In this document: positions 26,627-34,351 of the stretch, piece after piece | How the letters are laid out: each line of letters begins with the position of its first letter | Position numbering within the stretch: position 1 is the stretch's first letter | Virus record (IMG/VR): IMGVR_UViG_3300025086_000112 | Coordinates: 1-34,351 of that record | Reading direction: 5' to 3' (one strand) | DNA: 34,351 bases | Source of the DNA: a virus | Taxonomy: Duplodnaviria > Caudoviricetes | Made by a program: the position numbers and the translations under genes | The notes under the pieces: model-generated | Told to the model about the DNA's origin: nothing | The model's input: the letters and a program-made list of their open reading frames with translations, nothing else | Databases searched by the model: none

Positions 26627-29179
26627 ATGTCAATTTCAGGCGTAGTATTTGAAAAGAAGAAAGACCTTCTAACAAAAAGAGTGTTAGACTTTTTTGAACG
26701 AACACGATTTTCGTATTTGTCAGCACTAGAAGACCCGAAAGAATACAATAAAAAATGGAAAAATACTGTAAAGTCTATACGAACACAATTTGATTCTTTA
26801 GATGCTTTTACAGGACTACTAAAGAAACACTTAGATGAGGATATTTTATTCGATGAGAAGGCAGAAGATGCATCTTCCATGCAAGCAAGAAAATTATATG
26901 AGGCTGTCAAATCATTGAGATTTGAGTCTAAAGAAATAAGTGACCCGTTTGCAGAACAGTTAGGTGATAATGTAGTAGATACATTATTATCTAATGATAG
27001 TGTATATGCTGCATTTGTACATTATGCCTTAAGAGCGCATAATATTCCTTTACCTTCAGCAGCGTGGGAAAAGCATAATCTTCGCCCTGATGAAATTACT
27101 CAAGGTGCTATGGGATTAGATTTAGAATCTAAGGATATTCCATTATATATTTCTGAACATTATGGTGAGAATAAAGACACTAAAAGAATTAAATCTAAGT
27201 TTAATAGTATCTTGTCCCTACTAAAAAAAGTATTTTTAGAAGAATATACCAATGTACAATGGAATAAGTTAGTTGATATTAATATTAAAAAATCTGACGA
27301 TACTAAATCAGAAGAAGAAAAGGCAGATATTAATTTTGTAATTCCAAATAAACCTATGTACAGAATATTTGAATTAAACGATATGGAACAATTAAAAGGT
27401 TTTAGTGGTGAATATGTTGTTCAAGAAAAATATGATGGGATGAGAGTTCAATTACATAAGATAGATGGTAAGGTAAAAATATATTCTTATAACCAAAAAG
27501 ATATTACTGATAAATGTTCTGAACAAGTAGAACAATTAAATAAAAAACATTTTGGAGATTGTATATTAGATGGGGAATTAATGTTATTTAGAGGTGAAGA
27601 ACCTTTACACCGAGCATCTGTAATTAATTATATGTTCAAGAAACCCGTAGATGGATTGAAACTTAGACTTCATGTATTTGATATCATGAGACATGAGGAA
27701 AGAGATTTAATGGATGAACCACTAAGAGAGAGAATCAATATTTTAATGTATCAATATTCACAACATTCTTCCGAAGATTTAGCATTCCCATCTAAAAAAG
27801 ATACTAGAATAGCAGATTCTATTAAAGAGGTAGGTACTTATTCTGAAACTATAATGCAATTACCTGCATCAGAAGGTGTAGTAATTAAAGATATAGAATC
27901 TACTTATCAGATAGGTAGTAGAAAAAATCCTAAATGGGTTAAGTGGAAAAAGTTTGTTGATTTAGATGTTGTAGTATTAGATTCTAAGAAAACTAAGAGT
28001 AATTTATATTCTTATACTATTGGTATTGGACCTGTGAGTGCAGAGCAATCAAGAAAATACAAAACTACGGAATTAAAAGATAAAGCATATATTCCTGTTG
28101 GGAAGGCGTTGAATACCAAAGAATCTGTTGAGGTTGGTGAAATAGTTAGGGTAAAGGTTGATGAAGTAAAGAAAACTAAAGAAGGATTTAGTTTGTATTC
28201 TGCTAAAGTAATTGAAATACCTGAAGTTACTGAATCTGATAAATTAGCAACTTTAGAATTATTATCTGATAAAACTAAAAAATCTATTTGGGAAGATTTA
28301 GATAAGCCATTTAAGTATAGATTGAAAGGTGTCAAAAAGATGTATATTACTGATGATATACATGGTGAAGCGGAAATACTATTGAAATCTGATTTAGATG
28401 GATTTACTATTATGGGTTTCAGTGGTGACAATTTAATGGAGAAAAAAGCATTATATGATATTGATGTTTGGAAAGAAGATTTAAAACAAGCAATAAAAAG
28501 TATGCGTTCTGAATTAAGATTATCAATAAAGAATAAACTATTAGATATGGATGAACCTGTTAGTTTTGAACAAATAGTAGAGTTTGTTAAAGAACATCAT
28601 ATGGATAAGTTTGAAAGTACTGCTTTTGATTCAGACTTAAAAAGATTAAAGAAATGGTTAATTAGACAAGAAGATATTGTTTATAATAAAACAGAAGATA
28701 ATTTTGTTGCTAATAATGATACAATTGAAAAGCAACCAAAAACTAATCCTAAGCAAGCAAATTTTTTAATTCAAAGAAGAGATGACAAAAATTTAGATTT
28801 TATTATTGAGACAGCAGAAAAAAAGATGGCTTGGTTGTTTGATATAGAAACAACTTCCGATGTTTATAACTTATTTGGTAAATCAGGTAAGTTTCCTGCT
28901 AAAATAAGTTTATCAGGTATTAAACAGGGTAAAGTAATTGATAGTGGTAAGGTAATATTAGGAGTACAGAAAGACGGTTATCATGAGTATAAATTAGAAG
29001 GTGATAAGTTTGATACTAGATTACACGTTAGAGTTGTACCTTTAGATGGTAAAGATACTTGGATTACATGGACTGGTAAAAAACAAACTATGTTAGATAC
29101 TAAAGAAGATGAAGGAGTATGGGATATTACCCTTGACAGGTATAAAAAATTAGACTTACCTGAATCTGAAACCGCTTAG
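26627..29179 (+). CDS. lig: ATP-dependent DNA ligase with N- and C-terminal extensions
   Basis: Motif I EKYDGMR, III LDGEL, IIIa VFDI, IV EGVVIK, V WVKWK, then OB-fold region. Confidence 0.9.
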   Translation: MSISGVVFEKKKDLLTKRVLDFFERTRFSYLSALEDPKEYNKKWKNTVKSIRTQFDSLDAFTGLLKKHLDEDILFDEKAEDASSMQARKLYEAVKSLRFESKEISDPFAEQLGDNVVDTLLSNDSVYAAFVHYALRAHNIPLPSAAWEKHNLRPDEITQGAMGLDLESKDIPLYISEHYGENKDTKRIKSKFNSILSLLKKVFLEEYTNVQWNKLVDINIKKSDDTKSEEEKADINFVIPNKPMYRIFELNDMEQLKGFSGEYVVQEKYDGMRVQLHKIDGKVKIYSYNQKDITDKCSEQVEQLNKKHFGDCILDGELMLFRGEEPLHRASVINYMFKKPVDGLKLRLHVFDIMRHEERDLMDEPLRERINILMYQYSQHSSEDLAFPSKKDTRIADSIKEVGTYSETIMQLPASEGVVIKDIESTYQIGSRKNPKWVKWKKFVDLDVVVLDSKKTKSNLYSYTIGIGPVSAEQSRKYKTTELKDKAYIPVGKALNTKESVEVGEIVRVKVDEVKKTKEGFSLYSAKVIEIPEVTESDKLATLELLSDKTKKSIWEDLDKPFKYRLKGVKKMYITDDIHGEAEILLKSDLDGFTIMGFSGDNLMEKKALYDIDVWKEDLKQAIKSMRSELRLSIKNKLLDMDEPVSFEQIVEFVKEHHMDKFESTAFDSDLKRLKKWLIRQEDIVYNKTEDNFVANNDTIEKQPKTNPKQANFLIQRRDDKNLDFIIETAEKKMAWLFDIETTSDVYNLFGKSGKFPAKISLSGIKQGKVIDSGKVILGVQKDGYHEYKLEGDKFDTRLHVRVVPLDGKDTWITWTGKKQTMLDTKEDEGVWDITLDRYKKLDLPESETA

Positions 29180-29211
29180 TTAATATAGTCGTTGAAAAAA
29201 ACCTATTGCTA

Positions 29212-30411
29212 ATGCTGTCTGCACCAATGCGTCTTGTTAATCAAGGTGTGCGTGATTTTAGTATTCTAAAGTCAGATGATTTAATTATTGGTGGCTATGC
29301 TTCAATAGAAATGATAGATAAGCAAAATGATTTAATTACTCTTAAAGCATTAGAAGAGGCTGTTGAAGGTTTTATGGTTAATAAGAAATTTAGAAATGTA
29401 ATGTCTAACCATTCTAATGTTCAAGTAGGAGAAGTAATTGATTCTTATAGAGATAAAAATGGTTTAGTACATAAAACTCATGTGGATGATGTTGGATTTT
29501 ATGTTGTTATCAAATTGAGAGATGATATTGAAAAGGCAAAGGAAATATCTAGAAATATTAGAAAAGGAACATTACGTTCTTTTAGCATAGGAGGTCAGGC
29601 TATTTCTAAAAGAAGCCGTAAATCAAGTGATTTAGGTGAATATAATGAAATAGATGGTCTTGAATTACACGAAGTCACAATTTGCGAAAAGGGAATTAAC
29701 CCTGAAGCAAAATTTGATATATTAAAGGAAGAAAAAGGTGAAAACAATATGACTGAAAAGTTAGAAAAAGCCCTTGCGGAGTTAAATGACTTGATGAAAC
29801 AAGTTAATTCTCTGAATAAGGAAGAAGAAACGATGGAAGCCCCAATGGAAGAGGACATGGAGTACATGGCTACTGACGAAGGGAAAGATGAAAAAGAAAT
29901 GATGGCATATGAAAAGGCTGATGATGAAGAAGCAAAAGCATTAGATGACCAAGATTTAACTCACATTGAAGCGGGTGAAGAAGTAGTAGTTAATGGAAAT
30001 CCAACTGCAACTCCTGCACCTCTAAAAGTATCTAAAGAATGGGATGCATCAGAATTTAAATCATTAGATTTATCTGCTGAAAATGTTGAAAAGGCTTATG
30101 AGCAATTTAAAGCAGAACAATTAGAAAAGATTGCTTATGAAAACCTATCAAAACAATTTGAATCAAGGTTTGTTTCAGAACAGGCTGTAAGAAAGTCTGC
30201 TAACGAGAGAGCAGAATATGATGCTCGTACAGAAGTAGCAGCATTAAAAGAAGAGTTTGCTGAACTACGCAAATCATTATCTGCTAAAGATACTGAAATA
30301 GCAAAAGCAAAAGAAGTTTCGTTTGGATTACCTGAAGGTTTCCCTGCAACATCAGAAGAGTTATCTTCTATGAGTTGGGGCGATATTCATAATCTAGCGA
30401 GGAAGTTTTAG
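29212..30411 (+). CDS. HK97-family prohead protease fused to scaffold
   Basis: IGGYAS...DKQND, NH...VG (His), SFSIGG (Ser), EVTIC..GIN; acidic coiled-coil C-half; TTAATATA TATA-like box upstream. Confidence 0.92.
   Translation: MLSAPMRLVNQGVRDFSILKSDDLIIGGYASIEMIDKQNDLITLKALEEAVEGFMVNKKFRNVMSNHSNVQVGEVIDSYRDKNGLVHKTHVDDVGFYVVIKLRDDIEKAKEISRNIRKGTLRSFSIGGQAISKRSRKSSDLGEYNEIDGLELHEVTICEKGINPEAKFDILKEEKGENNMTEKLEKALAELNDLMKQVNSLNKEEETMEAPMEEDMEYMATDEGKDEKEMMAYEKADDEEAKALDDQDLTHIEAGEEVVVNGNPTATPAPLKVSKEWDASEFKSLDLSAENVEKAYEQFKAEQLEKIAYENLSKQFESRFVSEQAVRKSANERAEYDARTEVAALKEEFAELRKSLSAKDTEIAKAKEVSFGLPEGFPATSEELSSMSWGDIHNLARKF
29749..30411 (+). CDS. Nested in-frame scaffold protein (internal start)
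   Basis: AAAGGTGA RBS before in-frame ATG (MTEKLEKALAEL) at the domain boundary. Confidence 0.55.
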   Translation: MTEKLEKALAELNDLMKQVNSLNKEEETMEAPMEEDMEYMATDEGKDEKEMMAYEKADDEEAKALDDQDLTHIEAGEEVVVNGNPTATPAPLKVSKEWDASEFKSLDLSAENVEKAYEQFKAEQLEKIAYENLSKQFESRFVSEQAVRKSANERAEYDARTEVAALKEEFAELRKSLSAKDTEIAKAKEVSFGLPEGFPATSEELSSMSWGDIHNLARKF

Positions 30412-30423
30412 GAGTGAGAAAAG

Positions 30424-31800
30424 ATGAGTGGATACACAAACACAATTAAAGATTTAGAAGCCGCAACCTATGGATTAACTGGTCCTGCCGGAAATGCTCT
30501 ATTAAAGAGTTCAGGTGTTGTCGGTGGATTCGGAACGCCCCACGATGCTGCATCAAACCCGTTTAGTGCAGCAAGCGGATTGGGAGATTTATACAATGTT
30601 CTTTACGGACAGAAAGTATGGTCAATGTTGAATCAAGAGGTTAACCCTCTTTCAATTCTAGCAAAAAGACCTTACACATCATCAGGATGGAGAGTTCTAA
30701 AGAGCCGACCTACTGGTGGTAGTGGTTCTGCGTTTGGAACAGGAACAACTGCTGTTGCTGCAAACACTGCTGATTTATCTACACCTAGAGTAGACCAAAT
30801 TGGTGGAGTAGAAGAGAATGCAACATTAGATGGTGCAAATGGATTTAGACCACTTTCACCTGAATACGCTAAACTTTTCGTAAGTCCAAAAACTGTTGCT
30901 CATTTGTTTGAGTTCTCAGAACTTGGTATGGAATTGGCTGCTATTGATGATGGTGTCGGAGATATTCGTGCAATCGTTAGAGAAGACATGGGTAAGCATC
31001 ATGCTGAAACACAAAGTAAAATGCTAGTTATGCCTTACGAGTCATATGATGATGGTACAGCAACAAACATTGAGAGAAACTATACTTCTTTGATGAAGAT
31101 TGTTTCTTCTGCGGGTGAAATCGCTGCTATGTATAACGCTAACCTATTGACTACTGGTGCAAACAATGGAGATAACTCCGCAGTTGTTGCAGATGTAGTT
31201 AATCTGTTTGGTACAACAAGAAGTGTTACTATTAGTAGTAACGCAGCAACAGGTGTTGCTTCTTTCTTGGATGCAGAGGTTGACTTTGGAGATGGATATG
31301 CAGCAGGTGATGCTAGAGTTCTAACTCTAACTATGATTAATAGTATGATTAGAAGAATCCGTCAAAACGGTGGAAATCCAAAATGTATTCTAACAGGATA
31401 CGATACTATTCAGCACATTGCTGACTTACTACAAAGCCAAGAAAGATTTATGGATAGGAAAGAGATTGTTCCTACACATAACGGTGTAAAAGGTGCAAAG
31501 GGTCAAGAAGTTGGATTTAGAGTAGCAACATACTTTGATATCCCTCTAATCCCTGCAAAAGATATGCCTTCAACTGGTAGTAATTCAACAAATGAATTGA
31601 GTGATATGCTGTTCTTAGATACAGACCACATGTGGCTATCTGTTATGAAACCAACCCAATACTTTGAGGATGGAATTACTAACGGAAACCCATTTGGTGT
31701 AGGTAAACTTGGAAACCAAGGAATGTACAGAACAATGGGTGAAACTTGCTGTTCTTTCTTCAAGGGTCAAGGTAAGATTACTAACATTAAGAGTGCTTAG
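30424..31800 (+). CDS. Major capsid protein (HK97 fold inferred)
   Basis: Directly after protease/scaffold; 458 aa, G/A-rich; FRVATYFDIPLI and LFLDT C-terminal patterns. Confidence 0.88.
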   Translation: MSGYTNTIKDLEAATYGLTGPAGNALLKSSGVVGGFGTPHDAASNPFSAASGLGDLYNVLYGQKVWSMLNQEVNPLSILAKRPYTSSGWRVLKSRPTGGSGSAFGTGTTAVAANTADLSTPRVDQIGGVEENATLDGANGFRPLSPEYAKLFVSPKTVAHLFEFSELGMELAAIDDGVGDIRAIVREDMGKHHAETQSKMLVMPYESYDDGTATNIERNYTSLMKIVSSAGEIAAMYNANLLTTGANNGDNSAVVADVVNLFGTTRSVTISSNAATGVASFLDAEVDFGDGYAAGDARVLTLTMINSMIRRIRQNGGNPKCILTGYDTIQHIADLLQSQERFMDRKEIVPTHNGVKGAKGQEVGFRVATYFDIPLIPAKDMPSTGSNSTNELSDMLFLDTDHMWLSVMKPTQYFEDGITNGNPFGVGKLGNQGMYRTMGETCCSFFKGQGKITNIKSA

Positions 31801-31809
31801 GTGATTTGA

Positions 31810-32163
31810 ATGGCTTTAGCATATACAGTTACTTTGCTTGCAGACCATAAGGGAGTTACACTTCCAAAGGCTGTTGGTGATGAATATGTTGTAGATGCTT
31901 TGATAGATGTAACGTCAATAGTCGCAGCAGGGTCAGTAATCCCTGCTTCGGCTCTTGGCCTTTCATCAGTTCATTGCGTAACAATTACAGGTTCAGACAA
32001 TGCTAACGCAGTATTGCCTTTAGTAGAAATTAGTGCCGCAGGTGCGTATGAGAGTGGAACATCTTTTGCTCTTATGTTTACATCACTAGATGGTACTAAC
32101 GCTACTTTGAGTAATGATGCTAATGGTGGTTCAGTGCGAGTAAGAGCATGGGGCAACCTTTAA
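31810..32163 (+). CDS. Small beta-rich virion protein (decoration-like)
   Basis: Follows MCP; A/V/S/G-rich; GGTGA RBS. Confidence 0.6.
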   Translation: MALAYTVTLLADHKGVTLPKAVGDEYVVDALIDVTSIVAAGSVIPASALGLSSVHCVTITGSDNANAVLPLVEISAAGAYESGTSFALMFTSLDGTNATLSNDANGGSVRVRAWGNL

Positions 32164-32178
32164 AATAGAAAATATATA

Positions 32179-32239
32179 CCATTATAATACCGTAGTCTTA
32201 TTCCCTTCTTTACTGGGGGGAATGAGATTACTATAATGG
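32179..32239 (+). promoter_or_regulatory. Long hairpin after capsid genes
   Basis: CCATTATA..GTAGTCTTATTCCCTTC / GGGGGGAATGAGATTAC-TATAATGG with G-U pairs; 3' arm reaches the next RBS. Confidence 0.65.
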
Positions 32240-32250
32240 AGGAAAAGAAA

Positions 32251-32667
32251 ATGAGTAATGTAAAATTAAAAAGAGTAAAACATGATGGCCCACTTCTACT
32301 AAGAAGAGGTGGTACAGTTTATCAAATAAGTCATGATGTGAAATGCGTAGTACCCGTAGGAATTGCGGTAGGTATGCTAGGAGATGCAGGGCTAGTAGTC
32401 GAACTAACAAGTGAAGATAGAGAGGCTATTTCTAACTTTGGGGCTAATGAACTAAGATTAATTAAGAAAGAGTTTAATCTACAAGGTTCATCAGAAGAAG
32501 TAGCAGAAACTTTATTTCCTACTAAAAAGAAAACAAAACCAAAGAAAAAGGTTATGTCTAAACCAAAGGCAGAAACATCCACTAAATTTGAAGATTTAGT
32601 TAATGCTGCTAAAAAGGATTCACTCAAAACTAAGAAAGAAAAAGTTGTTTCTGATTTAGAAGAGTGA
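32251..32667 (+). CDS. Hypothetical protein with Lys-rich tail
   Basis: GGAGG RBS before ATG 32251. Confidence 0.75.
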   Translation: MSNVKLKRVKHDGPLLLRRGGTVYQISHDVKCVVPVGIAVGMLGDAGLVVELTSEDREAISNFGANELRLIKKEFNLQGSSEEVAETLFPTKKKTKPKKKVMSKPKAETSTKFEDLVNAAKKDSLKTKKEKVVSDLEE

Positions 32668-32715
32668 ACCGAAGATTGATAAGGCAACCCCTTGTTTCAA
32701 TGGTTGGGAATAAGT

Positions 32716-33015
32716 ATGAGTGGTTCAGGTTGTAACACTAGTGGGGTATTGTCCTCATCAACATTAGTATCAAGTGATAGATGTAGATTAGTTAGTGTTC
32801 ATATGACTTCTACCACTAATGCTTTATTCACAATTAAAATTTGGGATAGTGCTAATAGTACAATTTCAGGTAAAAAAGAAGTATTGCGACTTCATATGCA
32901 TGCAGGTGGAACAGCCCAAGCATTAGAACAAGATTTACATGGGGCAATATTAGCACAGGGATGCTATGTTGAATTTGATGCAGGGGCAGGTAATTGCACG
33001 GTTAATTTCGCATAG
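32716..33015 (+). CDS. Small beta-rich putative structural protein
   Basis: 99-aa ORF. Confidence 0.65.
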   Translation: MSGSGCNTSGVLSSSTLVSSDRCRLVSVHMTSTTNALFTIKIWDSANSTISGKKEVLRLHMHAGGTAQALEQDLHGAILAQGCYVEFDAGAGNCTVNFA

Positions 33016-33032
33016 ATATAGGTGGAAAAGAA

Positions 33033-33452
33033 ATGCCAAGTTTAGAAGATGATACAAGATTAGTAATGACGATTTTATTTGTTGGCGCAGTAAGTGGCGT
33101 GAATATTTATTTTTATACCCAATATGGGTTTATGTTTCCATATGCAGGTTATACCCATGCATTATTGTTTGGGATATTAACCATAGGAGGTATAATGATA
33201 CTAAAGGCAATATTCGATTTAACTTTATTTGATAGAATAGAAGATGTGTTATTACAAAGAAAGATAGATGCATATTGGGCTAGAAAACAAAAAGAAGAAG
33301 AAAATCGTAAAAGAGTTAGGGATACTATGCGACAGTATGACCAAACATATGGGAATAACTTCATACAAAATCCCGTACCTGCATTTGGTCAGACATATCA
33401 ACAACCCGTTGACAATACTATAAGCCCTACATTCTTAACTATGAATGAGTGA
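33033..33452 (+). CDS. Membrane protein (2 TM) with coiled-coil tail
   Basis: Hydrophobic LVMTILFVGAVSGVNIYFY and ALLFGILTIGGIMILKAIF. Confidence 0.8.
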   Translation: MPSLEDDTRLVMTILFVGAVSGVNIYFYTQYGFMFPYAGYTHALLFGILTIGGIMILKAIFDLTLFDRIEDVLLQRKIDAYWARKQKEEENRKRVRDTMRQYDQTYGNNFIQNPVPAFGQTYQQPVDNTISPTFLTMNE

Positions 33453-33457
33453 GGTAT

Positions 33458-33682
33458 ATGGTTTCTGAATTATTAATGGGATTTGATGAATCCACATTAG
33501 CATATGATTTACAGAGAGCGCATTCTGCTGATATATGGTTCTTAAGAACTAGATTCTTTCTTTGGTCATCTGCTGCTTGTATTACTAGTTTTTTTGTCGG
33601 ACATGCACTTCCTTTTTGGGGAATAAATCTTTATAATTCTACTTGGAACGCATTCATTAATTGGTGGCATCATTTGTGGTGA
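33458..33682 (+). CDS. Small membrane protein
   Basis: FFLWSSAACITSFFVGHALPFWGI hydrophobic segment; GAGGT RBS. Confidence 0.75.
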   Translation: MVSELLMGFDESTLAYDLQRAHSADIWFLRTRFFLWSSAACITSFFVGHALPFWGINLYNSTWNAFINWWHHLW

Positions 33683-33688
33683 TTAATT

Positions 33689-34351
33689 ATGTCAGTAATG
33701 GCGGGCTTTGTTATATTAGTAGCAGAGGGTGTAGCAAAAATGTGGAACAGAATGCATTCTATTCCTTTTGGTGTTTATGGTGCAACAAAGGTAGGAAAAA
33801 CAACATTACATCATCAATTAAGAACTAGAGGAGAAGTACCTGAAATTAAGAAAAGAACTGTTGGGCGAGAAAAACCGAGTAGAAAATATGTTAAATTAGA
33901 TGGTGATGCACACACAGTTAAGACAGCAGATGTAGGAGGAGAAACAGTATTTTGGTCTGAGTGGATTGGAGATATGAAAACTAGAAAAGTTAAGTATATC
34001 ATATTTATGATTGATGACAGACATATGGATAAACATTATGATATTGAGCAACAATTGTGTTGGACTTTTTTAGTTGATACAATATGTTCTCCTTATTGGG
34101 ATGCTATAAATAAAAAGGGTAGAAAAAAATCTCATGATTATCCAATAGCAGTAGGTATATGGGCTAACAAATACGATTTATGGAAAGACAAATATCCACA
34201 TAAAGGAGAAATTAAAGACCATCCAATATTTGAGACTTTTAAAAGTGGAATGACAAAATTAAATGAAAAGGGAATACCATGCTTCAAATATATAGTAAGT
34301 GCAAAATCAGATTCAGAAATGGTATATCGTGGCGTATTAACAATGATTAAA
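33689..34351 (+). CDS. Ras-superfamily small GTPase, Arf/Sar1-like (runs off window end)
   Basis: Manual translation: G1 GATKVGKTT, G2 RTVG, G3 DVGGE, G4 NKYD, G5 SAK; N-terminal hydrophobic/amphipathic helix; GGTGA RBS. Confidence 0.88.
   Translation, partial: MSVMAGFVILVAEGVAKMWNRMHSIPFGVYGATKVGKTTLHHQLRTRGEVPEIKKRTVGREKPSRKYVKLDGDAHTVKTADVGGETVFWSEWIGDMKTRKVKYIIFMIDDRHMDKHYDIEQQLCWTFLVDTICSPYWDAINKKGRKKSHDYPIAVGIWANKYDLWKDKYPHKGEIKDHPIFETFKSGMTKLNEKGIPCFKYIVSAKSDSEMVYRGVLTMIK

Noticed and set aside
7073-34002. Numerous minus-strand ORFs inside the late module, and 17549-17791 (+)
   Set aside because: Shadow ORFs fully overlapping well-supported + strand genes
1-34351. tRNA/rRNA genes, integrase, transposase, reverse transcriptase (DGR)
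   Set aside because: No cloverleaf with T-loop consensus or catalytic motifs recognised by eye; a tRNAscan-SE run would confirm

Overview
AT-rich, gene-dense fragment of a tailed dsDNA (HK97-lineage) virus. It is most likely an archaeal virus of the magrovirus type infecting Marine Group II/Poseidoniales. That host call is an inference from GGTGA/GAGGTG Shine-Dalgarno motifs, TATA-like promoters and gene content, not a database result. Left part (1-6.2 kb): an early/regulatory region with a DenV-like glycosylase, a DUF1599-like gene, a repeat-rich AT-rich candidate origin, a divergent paralog pair, six ACCATATGG(T/G) palindromes that bracket transcription units, and several ORF-free stretches rich in stems (candidate ncRNAs). 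Right part (6.2-34.3 kb): a + strand head module with candidate TerS, TerL, a LAGLIDADG protein, portal, ATP-dependent DNA ligase, prohead protease/scaffold and major capsid protein, ending in two membrane proteins and an Arf/Sar1-like small GTPase that the ORF track missed. The most striking feature is that about 15 mostly unrelated proteins begin with the same M-S-W-x-x-(I/V/L)-(L/V/I)-K peptide, and related peptides end several others, including the scaffold. I propose this is a cleavable capsid-targeting tag for a swappable set of virion-internal cargo proteins.
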